64,000 nucleotides of DNA from Candidatus Omnitrophota bacterium (lineage in GTDB: Bacteria > Omnitrophota > Gorgyraeia > Zapsychrales > Zapsychraceae), in NCBI GenBank assembly GCA_018062515.1, contig JAGOSC010000005.1, positions 880-64,879 on the forward strand. Direction: 5' to 3'. Of this stretch, positions 53,909 through 63,446 are shown piece after piece. Each line of letters starts with the position of its first letter. Within the stretch, counting starts at the first letter, position 1. The position numbers and the translations under genes were made by a program. The notes beneath the pieces are model-generated. The model was not told the origin of the DNA, did not search any database, and saw nothing but the letters and a program-made list of their open reading frames with translations.

Positions 53909-55177
53909 ATGAATAAAATGCGAAAATCAATTTTTATTATGGGCAGAAAATTTACGATTTTATTATCCTTATTTTTAATTTTCTTAACATGTCAAGAAAG
54001 CTGCGTATTCGCTTCACAGGAAGAAGACATCAAGACGGTCGCTGAAAATAATCAGCAATTTGCCTTTGATTTGTATTCTCAAATTAAAAACAATGATGAC
54101 AATCTGTTCTTTTCTCCATTTAGTATTTCGATGGCTTTGGCCATGACCTACGCTGGCGCCCGCGGAAATACAGAAAAGCAAATGGCGGAAACTCTCCATT
54201 TTTCTCTCAACCAAGATGAGTTACATCCGATTTTCCTAAAAATCAACCGGGATTTACAAGCTGATCAAGGGGAAAAAGGTTTTGAACTTTCGATTGCGAA
54301 TGCCCTATGGGGAGAAAAAAGTTTTAAATTTCATAAGTCTTTTATCGATCTAACAAAAAATTATTATGAAGCCGGGTTTAAAGAAGCTGATTTTAAAAAC
54401 AACGCCGAACCCGAACGTCAAACGATCAATAGCTGGGTTGAAAAACAAACCAAAGATAAGATCAAAGACTTACTTCTCCCGAGAGTTTTGACAGAAATAA
54501 CAAAATTGGTTTTAGTAAATGCCATTTACTTTAAAGGACATTGGATATATCCATTTGAGAAAGAATACACACAACCAAGAAAATTTGAATTAATAAGCGG
54601 AGAGCAAATTGAAGTGCCGACGATGAATCAGGAAAGTTCGTATGGATATTCGGAAAATGAAACGCTTCAAATTCTTGAAATGCCTTACAAAGGCGATGAG
54701 CTGTCTATGGTTATTTTTCTTCCTAAAAAAGCGGGCGGAATAAAAGAATTAGAGGCTTCGCTTAAAACAGAGAATGTCCGAAATTGGCTTTCAAAATTAG
54801 AGAAACAAGAAGTCACTGTATTTTTACCAAAATTTACAATGACCAGAGAATTTTCTTTAAAAGAAAACTTTGAATCACTCGGAATGACCGATGCGTTTAA
54901 TCCATACGCGGCTGATTTTTCCGGTATGTCTCCGCTAGCCTTAGATACAGAATATCATTTATGCATATCGGAAATAATTCATAAAGCCTTTGTGGATGTG
55001 AATGAAGAAGGTACTGAGGCTGCTGCCGCGACCGCTGTTGTCATGGTCAAGATGACTGCCGCAGCCGTAGAACCAAAACCTATTTTTAACGCTGACCATC
55101 CGTTTATTTTTATTATTCGTGATAAGATTTCCGATAATATTTTATTTATCGGCCGGGTAATGGACCCTTTAAAATAA
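53909..55177 (+). CDS. Serpin-family protease inhibitor with signal peptide
   Basis: FSPFSISMALAMTYAGARGNT, VLVNAIYFKGHW, and a hinge/reactive-centre loop EEGTEAAAATAVVMVKMTAAAVEP followed by FNADHPFIFIIRD. Hydrophobic leader FTILLSLFLIFLTC. I chose the start at ATG 53909. Confidence 0.88.
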   Translation: MNKMRKSIFIMGRKFTILLSLFLIFLTCQESCVFASQEEDIKTVAENNQQFAFDLYSQIKNNDDNLFFSPFSISMALAMTYAGARGNTEKQMAETLHFSLNQDELHPIFLKINRDLQADQGEKGFELSIANALWGEKSFKFHKSFIDLTKNYYEAGFKEADFKNNAEPERQTINSWVEKQTKDKIKDLLLPRVLTEITKLVLVNAIYFKGHWIYPFEKEYTQPRKFELISGEQIEVPTMNQESSYGYSENETLQILEMPYKGDELSMVIFLPKKAGGIKELEASLKTENVRNWLSKLEKQEVTVFLPKFTMTREFSLKENFESLGMTDAFNPYAADFSGMSPLALDTEYHLCISEIIHKAFVDVNEEGTEAAAATAVVMVKMTAAAVEPKPIFNADHPFIFIIRDKISDNILFIGRVMDPLK

Positions 55178-55178
55178 T

Positions 55179-55496
55179 ATGAACTCAAACAATAAAGAAG
55201 TCAAAGAAGTTGACATCAATCAAGCCAAAGAAATGCTCGGGCGGGATGACACCATCATCATCGATATTCGTCATATATCCGATTATGAAGCCGGAAATAT
55301 CGAAGGCTCTCAACATCTAACGCCTGAAACATTCAAAGATTTTCTCGAATTAACTGATAAAACAAAAACAATATTATGTTATTGTTATCATGGAATCAGC
55401 AGCCTGGACGTATGCGAAACTTTGAAGGATCATGGATTTCAAAATCCTATCAGCCTCAAAGGCGGCTTCAGTGCCTGGCAGACAAATCAACCCTAA
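55179..55496 (+). CDS. Single-domain rhodanese sulfurtransferase
   Basis: ~105 aa with an active-site loop CYCYHGISS (C-x-x-x-G-x-x-S/R type). Confidence 0.75.
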   Translation: MNSNNKEVKEVDINQAKEMLGRDDTIIIDIRHISDYEAGNIEGSQHLTPETFKDFLELTDKTKTILCYCYHGISSLDVCETLKDHGFQNPISLKGGFSAWQTNQP

Positions 55497-55508
55497 AAGG
55501 AAATACCT

Positions 55509-55991
55509 ATGCAAATTGCGGATAAAAAAGTGGCTCAGTTTCATTTTTCTTTAAAGAATGATCAAGGTGAAATACTGGATTCTTCTAAAGGAGAAACACC
55601 ATTAGGATATATTCACGGTCAAAATAATTTAATGCCCGGGCTTGAAAAGGCGCTGGCTGGCCACAAAAAAGGCGACAAATTCAGCGTTAAACTTGATCCG
55701 GAAGACGCTTTTGGGTCTTACGCGGAAGAATTAATCAAAGAAGTACCGCTCAATGAATTTGAAAACCCAAAAGAATTAAAGCCGGGAACAAAAATGCAGG
55801 TCCACAGCCAACAAGGCGACCAAATCGTTACAGTTCTCGATATCGTTGGAGAAACGGTGCGCGTTGATTTTAATCATCCGTTTGCCGGCCAAACATTACA
55901 GTTTGATATTGAAGTTCTTGAAGTTAGAGATGCGACCGCGGATGAATTATCTCACGGCCATTTGCACGGAGACGGCGGTTGCTGTCATTAA
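55509..55991 (+). CDS. slyD: FKBP-type peptidyl-prolyl isomerase SlyD with short His/Cys metal-binding tail
   Basis: V.FHF.LKND.GE..DSS....PL.YIHGQNNLMPGLEKAL.GH..GDKF, an IF-domain insertion, NHPFAGQTL.F.IEVLEVR, and the tail HGHLHGDGGCCH. Confidence 0.85.
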   Translation: MQIADKKVAQFHFSLKNDQGEILDSSKGETPLGYIHGQNNLMPGLEKALAGHKKGDKFSVKLDPEDAFGSYAEELIKEVPLNEFENPKELKPGTKMQVHSQQGDQIVTVLDIVGETVRVDFNHPFAGQTLQFDIEVLEVRDATADELSHGHLHGDGGCCH

Positions 55992-56049
55992 TTTTTATTT
56001 ATCAGCGTCGATCATTTGAAAAATAATTGTCAATGAAAGGATCAATAAG

Positions 56050-56475
56050 ATGAGTTTAAACAGTGTCAATATGCTGGGGAATTTGACCCGGGATCCGGAA
56101 ATGCGCTTTACCACCGCCGGGCGTCCGGTCTGCAATATATCCATCGCGAATAACCGTATTTATACAAAAGACGGACAAAGAGTCCAGGAAGTATCTTACT
56201 TTGACGTTGAGGTATGGGGCACGATGGCGGAAAATTGTAATAAATATTTATCCAAAGGCAGCGGAATTGTCGTCGAAGGCCGGCTCAAACAAGACCGTTG
56301 GGAAAAAGACGGCAAAACACAAACCCGCGTGCGGATTGTCGCTAACAATATCCATTTTCTACCTAAGAAAAGTGGAGATAATTCAGCCCCGTCGGGAAAT
56401 GACTATCAACCAGAAGCTCAAATGGCCCCGGCCGCTCAAGATCCTGGCTATGATACAACCTCATGGGACGGATAA
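56050..56475 (+). CDS. ssb: Single-stranded DNA-binding protein
   Basis: An OB-fold pattern NSVNMLGNLTRDPEMRFT..G..V.N.SIA.N......G...E.VSYFDVEVWG..AEN...YL.KGS.IVVEGRL, then a Gly/Pro/Gln-rich linker. The C-terminal tip is atypical. Confidence 0.85.
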   Translation: MSLNSVNMLGNLTRDPEMRFTTAGRPVCNISIANNRIYTKDGQRVQEVSYFDVEVWGTMAENCNKYLSKGSGIVVEGRLKQDRWEKDGKTQTRVRIVANNIHFLPKKSGDNSAPSGNDYQPEAQMAPAAQDPGYDTTSWDG

Positions 56476-56478
56476 TTC

Positions 56479-56856
56479 GTGAGTGAACAGTATCAACATC
56501 CCAGTTTTATTGCTCAAGAAGTAGATGACCTGATCATTGTTCGCCTCTACGGTGATTTCAATCAGCATACGCTGCATCAATCACGGAAAATGATTGATGA
56601 AATGATGCGTATTCATCAAATCAATGAACGGCATAATCTCAGCATCATCATCGACTATCAAAATGTCAATGATGTTGATTCCTCGACGATAGCGGACATC
56701 TTGGAACATATTGAAGAGAACAGTGAGCATTCGCATAAAGTGGCATTCATCAATGTTCCGGACGAATTTATTAAATTACTGGAAATCTATAAGCTCCAGG
56801 ACAAAATCCTCGTTTTCAAAACAGAAAAAGAGGCTATCAAAGCTCTGCAACAATAA
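56479..56856 (+). CDS. STAS-domain protein (anti-sigma-factor-antagonist-like)
   Basis: GTG start. IIVRLYGDFNQHTL......IIIDYQNVNDVDSSTIADIL......KVAFINVPDEFIKLLEIYKLQDKILVFKTEKEAIKAL fits the SpoIIAA/STAS layout. Confidence 0.5.
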   Translation: MSEQYQHPSFIAQEVDDLIIVRLYGDFNQHTLHQSRKMIDEMMRIHQINERHNLSIIIDYQNVNDVDSSTIADILEHIEENSEHSHKVAFINVPDEFIKLLEIYKLQDKILVFKTEKEAIKALQQ

Positions 56857-56877
56857 TACATATCAATCTTTCACAGG

Positions 56878-57336
56878 ATGAATGTAAAACCACAATCAAT
56901 AACCGCAAAAACCTTCCGATCATATGGAAAATTGATTGAATATCCTGATCAAAATAAAAAGGGAACGGTAAGGAATTTGTGGCGGATAATCCATCGGGCG
57001 CCGAATAAAAATGGCTGGCGCGTTGCCTATCTGATTTTACGTGATCGTTCTATCGGCCGTTTGGAATGCCATCCAACCAGTGACGAAACATTCGAACCCA
57101 TTAAAAACAGCGCCTTATTTTTTGTATCTAAAACTAAAAACATTGACGACATTGAATGTTTTATCCTCGACCGTCCCATTATTTTATATAAAGGAATTTG
57201 GCATGGGCTCATCACGCAGGGAAATGAAGCCGAAATTAAAATAACCGAAAATTTAAATATTTCCAGCCGTTACTGGCCGTTTGGTTTCCGTATTAAAAAT
57301 TTAACTGATTTAAACCGAAAAAGGACAAGAACATGA
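56878..57336 (+). CDS. Ureidoglycolate-lyase-like (AllA/cupin-type) protein
   Basis: F..YGKLIE........LECHPTSDETFEPI....LFFV........ECFILD.PIILYKGIWHG is colinear with the AllA family as I recall it. Weak call. Confidence 0.4.
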   Translation: MNVKPQSITAKTFRSYGKLIEYPDQNKKGTVRNLWRIIHRAPNKNGWRVAYLILRDRSIGRLECHPTSDETFEPIKNSALFFVSKTKNIDDIECFILDRPIILYKGIWHGLITQGNEAEIKITENLNISSRYWPFGFRIKNLTDLNRKRTRT

Positions 57337-57716
57337 ACAAAACAATTATTCTTTCCACAAACGCACCGCAACCCGTCGGTCCTTATAGCCAAGCCGTTAT
57401 GTCGGGTCAATTCATCTTTCTGGCCGGACAGATTCCTTTGACGAAAGAAGGCAAGAAGATCGACGGTGGCATCACTGAGCAAACCGAACAGGTCATTACC
57501 AATATTATTGCCGTTCTCGCCGCCGGGGGAACAACGCTGGAAAGAGTCGTTAAGGTGACAGTGTTTCTACAAGATATGAATGACTTTAAAGCCATGAATG
57601 AAGTGTATGCCAAATATTTTAAGCCAGGCTATGCGCCGGCCCGCTCAACCGTTCAGGTCGCGCGTTTACCCATGGACAGCCTGGTCGAAATTGAAGCCAT
57701 AGCTGAAATCAGTTAA
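57333..57716 (+). CDS. ridA: RidA/YjgF-family reactive-intermediate deaminase
   Basis: APQPVGPYSQAV..GQFIFLAGQIPL, ...KVTVFLQDMNDF.AMNEVYAKYF....PARSTVQVARLP....VEIEAIA. Confidence 0.88.
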   Translation: MNKTIILSTNAPQPVGPYSQAVMSGQFIFLAGQIPLTKEGKKIDGGITEQTEQVITNIIAVLAAGGTTLERVVKVTVFLQDMNDFKAMNEVYAKYFKPGYAPARSTVQVARLPMDSLVEIEAIAEIS

Positions 57717-57744
57717 TCAAGCAGTCTAAAGAAAGGACGCTACG

Positions 57745-59502
57745 TTGATTAAAAATTTACTAAAGGATACGTCAGCCAAATTCATTCATATTTCCGCATT
57801 AATGATCATTGGCCTCATTATCTATGCGAATTCACTCCATGGTGAATTTATAGCTGATGATTTTGGTTCCATTCTCGCGCACGCGAAAGCACTTTCAACG
57901 TTTAATCTTATTGAACTTTGGCAAGCCTACAGCACACGTCTCATCGGAGGCCTGACTTTCGCGATTAATTATCAGCTTAGCCATGAAGATGTGCTTAGTT
58001 ATCATTTTTTTAATGTCATGATACATATCCTCAATGCCGTCCTGTTTTATCATTTTATTCTGCAGATATTCACAACACCCGTCGGGAAAAAATCATCAAT
58101 AGTCGATCATGCCGGCGGCGTAGCTTTCTTAAGCGCGGTTTTATTCCTTGTCCATCCAATCCAGAGCCAAGCGGTGGCTTACATCGTCCAGAGATATATT
58201 TCGCTGGCGACTTCTTTATGCCTGGCATCAATCTTGTTTTATGGGAAAGCCCGATTGATGGGAGATAAAAAATATTATTTTATTTCATTTCTATTTTTGG
58301 TTTTCGCCATGTTCACCAAAGAGTCGGCATACCCATTTTTCATTTTAATTATTTTGTACGATATTATTTTCTGGGGAAAGACAACGGCTTCACTAAAAAG
58401 GGTAGGGGCTTACGGGCTTTCGGCGCTGCTTTTTATTAGTTATATGCTTCGGTTGTCAACGTCTCGCGTTGAACAAAATCTTTTCGTGGATTATCCATCC
58501 TCTTCCATGCCCAGCCTTTGGAATCTTTTTTTAACTCAACTGAATGTTCTACGCACATATTTCCGTCTGCTTATTTTGCCCTATAAACAATCCTATTCCT
58601 ACGACTATAACATTGTTTCTCATTTGGATTTGAACACTTTGGTTTCGATTATTTTATTGTCATCCATTGGTATTCTGGCTGTATATCTATATAAGAAAAA
58701 TAAATTAATTCCGTTTTTTACTATTCTTTGGTATTTTTTAACGCTTTCGATTCATGCTTTATTTGTGATCGTTTATGGCCAAAACGGCGACGGGTTACTA
58801 AACGATCATTGGCTATATTTACCCACGGCCGGTTTCGCTTTATTTATTGTTTATACTCTGGTCGACTTGGTTAACATTAAAAATGCACGGCGAATACTGT
58901 TTATGGTCCTGATTGTTTTTTGTGTACTGACATTCCAACGGAATAAAGTCTGGCGGTCCAGTACTACATTATGGGAAAATGTCGTCAAGAATAACCCGGA
59001 TCGTTTTTACCATACTCTGGGGCTGGGAGGAAGTTATCAAGCGAAAGGTTTAACGGAAAAAGCTTATTCAGTCTATACAGAAGCATTATATCAGCATCGA
59101 TTCGAATCGATTAAAGACATGTTGCCCGCCCAACAGTTTTACATGGCGCAAATGTATTTTAATTTAGGATTAGCGGCAAATGGTCTGGGAAAAAAAGATG
59201 AATTTATTTCATCATTACATGCGGCCGTAGCTATTGCCCCGAAAGAACCTTTCTACACGTACCATTTAGGAATAGCCTATTATCAGTTATCCATACCGGA
59301 AAAAGCGATTTTCTACTTAAATCAGGTTGAAAAAAGATTTCAAAACGCCCCCTATTTGCATTATTATCTAGGCTCCGCGTATCTCCAAATAAACAACAAA
59401 GTTTTAGCGAAAGAACATTTGGACCACGCTTTGACCTTATTCCATGCGGCGGGAGATGTGGTCAAAGAGCAAGAGGTGGAAGCGATGGTCAAAAAACTAT
59501 AA
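57745..59502 (+). CDS. Polytopic membrane protein with C-terminal TPR domain (GT-C/PMT_2-like architecture)
   Basis: TTG start. ~10 hydrophobic segments, then TPR-like repeats (GLGGSYQAKGLTEKAYSVYTEAL; MAQMYFNLGLAANGLGKKDEFISSLHAAVAIAP; YHLGIAYYQLSIPEKAIFYLNQV). Confidence 0.55.
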   Translation: MIKNLLKDTSAKFIHISALMIIGLIIYANSLHGEFIADDFGSILAHAKALSTFNLIELWQAYSTRLIGGLTFAINYQLSHEDVLSYHFFNVMIHILNAVLFYHFILQIFTTPVGKKSSIVDHAGGVAFLSAVLFLVHPIQSQAVAYIVQRYISLATSLCLASILFYGKARLMGDKKYYFISFLFLVFAMFTKESAYPFFILIILYDIIFWGKTTASLKRVGAYGLSALLFISYMLRLSTSRVEQNLFVDYPSSSMPSLWNLFLTQLNVLRTYFRLLILPYKQSYSYDYNIVSHLDLNTLVSIILLSSIGILAVYLYKKNKLIPFFTILWYFLTLSIHALFVIVYGQNGDGLLNDHWLYLPTAGFALFIVYTLVDLVNIKNARRILFMVLIVFCVLTFQRNKVWRSSTTLWENVVKNNPDRFYHTLGLGGSYQAKGLTEKAYSVYTEALYQHRFESIKDMLPAQQFYMAQMYFNLGLAANGLGKKDEFISSLHAAVAIAPKEPFYTYHLGIAYYQLSIPEKAIFYLNQVEKRFQNAPYLHYYLGSAYLQINNKVLAKEHLDHALTLFHAAGDVVKEQEVEAMVKKL

Positions 59503-61166
59503 TGAACAAACAAAACGATTATAAATCAAATAAAATCACTGAATGGAAGAAGAAACTAGCACGTCCGACGAACCCGGTAAGCCTGGCTTGTTTCCGTATC
59601 GGCTTCGGTATATTCATGTTTTTTCACATTTATCTATACCAAACACCGGATGTGATTAATGCTGTTTATTTATCACCGGATTTTCACTTTACCTTTCCTT
59701 TATTTGATTGGTTACATCTACCGATCCCAACAGCGGTGAGCATTTCCATTTTACTAAAAATAATAGCTGTTTCAGCTTTATGTATTGCCATAGGGCTATT
59801 GACCCGTATATCGGCCGGTATTTTTTTCATCACGTTCGGTTACATCTTTCTCCTCGAGAAATCAGAATACAGCCAATATTATTATTTGGTTTTGCTATTA
59901 TCCTTTTTATTTATGATAACCAACGCGAACCGGTTTTTTTCCGTCGACAATCTTATATTCAAGCAATCAAAGAAAAATGCTATTCCCTATTGGAACCTTT
60001 TCTTATTTCAGTTTCAGTTTATTTTGGTGTACTTTTTCGGTGGCATAGCCTATTTGAATAATGATTGGATCAGCGGACGGGTGGTTCAATCGATTTTTGA
60101 AGGGGCGGGCGATTTATTTTTCTTTGCGACTTCGATCAGCGCATTGCTCATCCTGCTCAGCGCTCCGTTAATGTTAATTTATAAACCGTTAAAATATGCC
60201 GGAATCTTGCTTTTGGTGATTTTCAATGCATTTATCAAATATAGTCTTGGTTTTGGAATTTTTCCATATTTGATGATTATCTCGTCGGTGTTATTCATTC
60301 ATTTAGAGGAAATAAGAGGCCTTTCCCGTTTATTCCGTCCTAAGAAGGCTGCGGCAACTATTCAACCGGAAATGGCTCATTCCGAGGCGATAAAGCCGGG
60401 AGTTTGGTTATTTATTATCACTTATGTTTTCTTTCAATTTTTTATCCCCTTACGATTTTTATTAGAAAAAGGACCTGTACAGTGGACACTCAATGGCAGC
60501 CGTTTTTCCTGGAGATTGTTGGCACAAAATAATCTTGGCCATATTGATTTTTTTGTCACCGATATAGTGACGGGAGAAACAAAAGAGGCGCCCCGATTAA
60601 AAGGGATAACCGTTAGCTCTTATCTTCAAATGGCTTGTCACCCCGACATGATTATTCAATATGCAAGGTACCTGCACGACGTTTATCAAAAACAGGGAGT
60701 TTATAATCCCATTATCACGTCAAATTCTTTTGTTTCATTTAACGGCCGGCCTTTTTCTCTATTCATTAATCCTGAATTCAATTTAGCTCACCCCACGATT
60801 CATCCGAACAGCGACAATCTTCTCACGCCCGCGCCTTTTGTAAGGCAAGACACTATGATCACACCAAAAAATGTCGGACGGTTTTTCCCTCCTGAGTATC
60901 AGTTAGCGGTTATCGAAGAGGAGAGTTTACTGCCGGGTGATCATCCGACCGTTGGTGTCATGAACGATTTAATTTATCAATTGATCGGTGACCCGACGGT
61001 GAGCCCGGCTGAGATTTCAGATACCGTCGTAGAACTTCACAATATGCTTTATTCAAAATATGGCCGGCATTTCACCATCAAACAGATTCTGGAGACACTG
61101 TATGATAAAGCCGGTCAAATGACAACTGTACCTTCCATCGACGAACTCATAAAATATTTTCTTTAA
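59502..61166 (+). CDS. HTTM-domain (vitamin-K-dependent gamma-carboxylase-like) membrane protein
   Basis: N-terminal PVSLACFRIGFGIFMFFHI..., multiple TM segments and a ~250-aa soluble C-terminal region, as in bacterial HTTM proteins. Its ATG overlaps the upstream stop (ATAATG). Confidence 0.6.
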   Translation: MNKQNDYKSNKITEWKKKLARPTNPVSLACFRIGFGIFMFFHIYLYQTPDVINAVYLSPDFHFTFPLFDWLHLPIPTAVSISILLKIIAVSALCIAIGLLTRISAGIFFITFGYIFLLEKSEYSQYYYLVLLLSFLFMITNANRFFSVDNLIFKQSKKNAIPYWNLFLFQFQFILVYFFGGIAYLNNDWISGRVVQSIFEGAGDLFFFATSISALLILLSAPLMLIYKPLKYAGILLLVIFNAFIKYSLGFGIFPYLMIISSVLFIHLEEIRGLSRLFRPKKAAATIQPEMAHSEAIKPGVWLFIITYVFFQFFIPLRFLLEKGPVQWTLNGSRFSWRLLAQNNLGHIDFFVTDIVTGETKEAPRLKGITVSSYLQMACHPDMIIQYARYLHDVYQKQGVYNPIITSNSFVSFNGRPFSLFINPEFNLAHPTIHPNSDNLLTPAPFVRQDTMITPKNVGRFFPPEYQLAVIEEESLLPGDHPTVGVMNDLIYQLIGDPTVSPAEISDTVVELHNMLYSKYGRHFTIKQILETLYDKAGQMTTVPSIDELIKYFL

Positions 61167-61171
61167 TCTGA

Positions 61172-62569
61172 ATGAATCTAAAATATTTCAAAATTATTTT
61201 TCTTATTCTCAGTTTGCAAATGATATATATCCATCCGGCCGTATCTCAGGAATATCCGCCGCTGCCGAAAATTCTCCCTGAAGACCGTATATTAATTATC
61301 GCGCCTCATCCCGACGATGAAACCATCGCCGCCGCCGGTGTTATTCAGAACACACTAGAAAGTAAATCCCAACTTCGAATGGTATGGCTGACGAACGGAG
61401 ACAGCAATGAATATGCGTTTCTCCTCTACAAGAAAAAACCCGTCCTTAAGCGTTCCGCCGTTATAAAAATGGGGACTTTACGACGGAAAGAAGCTATTGA
61501 CGCCATGAAGGTGTTAGGCGTTGATGAAAGCCAACTGACTTTTTTGGGTTATCCGGACTTCGGCACCATGAGTATTTTTAAAGACTTTTGGAAAAGTTCA
61601 AAATCTCTGAAGAGTGTATTAACTCGGGTGCGAAGCGTTCCTTATTACAGCAGCCCATCATTCGGCAAGCCGTATATTGGAGACAGCATTCTCGAGGATA
61701 TGATCCGCATCCTCATTGAATTTAAGCCGACGAAAATATTCGTGACTTTATCGTCCGACTTAAATTCTGACCATCAAGCCGCTTTTCTTTTTTTGCAGGT
61801 CGCTGTTTGGGAAATAAAGGATCTGATCGGAGAGCCGGAAATTTATTCTTATCTCGTCCATTCCGCCCGTTGGCCAAAACCAAAAGGCTATCATCCCGAA
61901 TTGGCGTTTGAACCACCTAAACGGTTTAGTACATCGAGCATTCAGTGGTATACATTAAAATTAAATCCTGAACAAATCGAAAAAAAAAGAGAGGCAATAT
62001 TAAAATATAAATCTCAACGCTACAAGCCTGGTTATCTTTTAGCGTTTGCGCGCAGTAATGAATTATTCGGACAGTATCCCGATATTAAACTTTATGATAA
62101 AGAAGAATCACTTGATTGGAATTCCGTCGAGAAAGAAATGAATATTGAATCCCAAATCTATGATGAAGACTATCCGGGAAGTAATACCATCGAGGAAGTA
62201 CTTTACGCCAAAACGGCCGATTCACTGTATGTAAAAATCAAATCACCGACGTATAAGAGCCGATTATTCGGCGTTAATTTATTCTTGTATGGGTATAAGA
62301 AAGACAAACATTTTAGTGAAATGCCTAAACTGCGTTTTCATTTCCAACGTCCGAATAAAGTGGTTATTTATGATAAACGTCATCCCGTTATGTTGCCGGA
62401 TATTAAATATGAGTACAAAAAAAGAGAGATTGAGGTCCGGATTCCATTGAAATTATTGGATAATCCGGAAATGATCCTGACCAGCGTCTCGTCGTGGCTG
62501 CGCGGAATTCCTCAAGAAACAACGGCTTGGCGTGTATTGGAATTTCCATCGGAAGAGGACAATCCATAA
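61172..62569 (+). CDS. Secreted PIG-L/LmbE-family deacetylase with C-terminal extension
   Basis: A signal-like leader, then ILIIAPHPDDETIAAAG (P-D-D motif) and SDLNSDHQAA (H-x-D-H-type metal site). Confidence 0.75.
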   Translation: MNLKYFKIIFLILSLQMIYIHPAVSQEYPPLPKILPEDRILIIAPHPDDETIAAAGVIQNTLESKSQLRMVWLTNGDSNEYAFLLYKKKPVLKRSAVIKMGTLRRKEAIDAMKVLGVDESQLTFLGYPDFGTMSIFKDFWKSSKSLKSVLTRVRSVPYYSSPSFGKPYIGDSILEDMIRILIEFKPTKIFVTLSSDLNSDHQAAFLFLQVAVWEIKDLIGEPEIYSYLVHSARWPKPKGYHPELAFEPPKRFSTSSIQWYTLKLNPEQIEKKREAILKYKSQRYKPGYLLAFARSNELFGQYPDIKLYDKEESLDWNSVEKEMNIESQIYDEDYPGSNTIEEVLYAKTADSLYVKIKSPTYKSRLFGVNLFLYGYKKDKHFSEMPKLRFHFQRPNKVVIYDKRHPVMLPDIKYEYKKREIEVRIPLKLLDNPEMILTSVSSWLRGIPQETTAWRVLEFPSEEDNP

Positions 62570-62570
62570 C

Positions 62571-63215
62571 ATGAATGTCATCATTCGTCCCTACGAATCG
62601 AACGATTTAGAAGCGTTACGTCAAATCGCCTGCGATACGGTCTTTATGGGAAAACCCTATCACCACATCGTATCGAATGCCGAAGTTGTTGCCGACGTGA
62701 TAACCCTTTGTTATACGCAGTACGAACCTGAATCCTGTCTTGTCGCGGAAATTGGAGGTAAGGTCGTCGGTTATCTTATCGGGACAAAAGATATACGACG
62801 AATGAACAAAATAAAAGCAAAAATGATACCCCGCATAACGCTTAAAATCATCCGGTATGGTTTATTGTTTAACAAAAAAAATTTAAAATTTCTTTGGTTT
62901 AATTTATTTAGTTTTTTTAAAGGAGAAACTCGGAAGGAAGACTATGCGATAGAATACCCGGCGACAGGTCATATTAATATTGACGCTCAATATCAATCCA
63001 GCGGTATTGCGAGCAAACTACTGGGGGAATCTCTCCATTACTTACGAAAAAATAATATTCCCGGCGTACAAGTATCGATCAACACCGAAGCCGGAAAGAA
63101 ATTCTTTTTAAAGCATAAATTCAATTTTTTATATAGTCAAAAGAGAAGTGAGTTACGATATCTCATTCATCAAGACTTCACCAATTACATTTATGGACTG
63201 AAACTTTCCGAATGA
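62571..63215 (+). CDS. GNAT-family N-acetyltransferase
   Basis: MNVIIRPYESNDLEALRQI..., VAEIGGKVVGYLIG, IDAQYQSSGIASKLL (the Q/R-x-x-G-x-G/A acetyl-CoA motif). ATG 62571 sits 2 nt after the upstream stop, so I prefer it to the overlapping 62532 start. Confidence 0.75.
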   Translation: MNVIIRPYESNDLEALRQIACDTVFMGKPYHHIVSNAEVVADVITLCYTQYEPESCLVAEIGGKVVGYLIGTKDIRRMNKIKAKMIPRITLKIIRYGLLFNKKNLKFLWFNLFSFFKGETRKEDYAIEYPATGHINIDAQYQSSGIASKLLGESLHYLRKNNIPGVQVSINTEAGKKFFLKHKFNFLYSQKRSELRYLIHQDFTNYIYGLKLSE

Positions 63216-63236
63216 TGGTCGGGCAGGAAATAAAAA

Positions 63237-63326
63237 TGGCGGAGAGGCAGGGGTTCGAACCCTGGGTCCCGTTTCCAGGACAACTGCTTAGCAGGCAGCT
63301 GCAATCGACCACTCTGCCACCTCTCC
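63237..63326 (-). tRNA. tRNA-Ser (anticodon GCT), long variable arm, CCA encoded
   Basis: On the reverse complement: acceptor GGAGAGG/CCTCTCC; D stem GCAG/(C)TGC; anticodon stem GCTGC/GCAGT with loop CTGCTAA; ~18-nt variable arm; T stem CAGGG/CCCTG with loop TTCGAAC; then G-CCA. Confidence 0.85.
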
Positions 63327-63446
63327 GACAATATTTTATGGTAATACTTTGGCTAGATATTTAGTTAGGAAAATAACGAGAACTCTTTATACCAGACTTT
63401 ATCTTCAGTGTAAAGAGCGAAGTTTCGGAATCAAGGAAGAATGTAA

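Noticed and set aside
56201-56482. ORF 56201-56482 (+)
   Set aside because: It is an alternative frame inside ssb. The ssb frame carries the OB-fold motifs.
59708-60061. ORF 59708-60061 (+)
   Set aside because: It is an out-of-frame ORF within the HTTM membrane-protein gene, with no independent support.
62532-62570. ATG 62532 start for the GNAT gene
   Set aside because: It overlaps the last 38 nt of the PIG-L gene. GNAT homology begins at MNVIIRPYE (62571), which sits 2 nt after the upstream stop.
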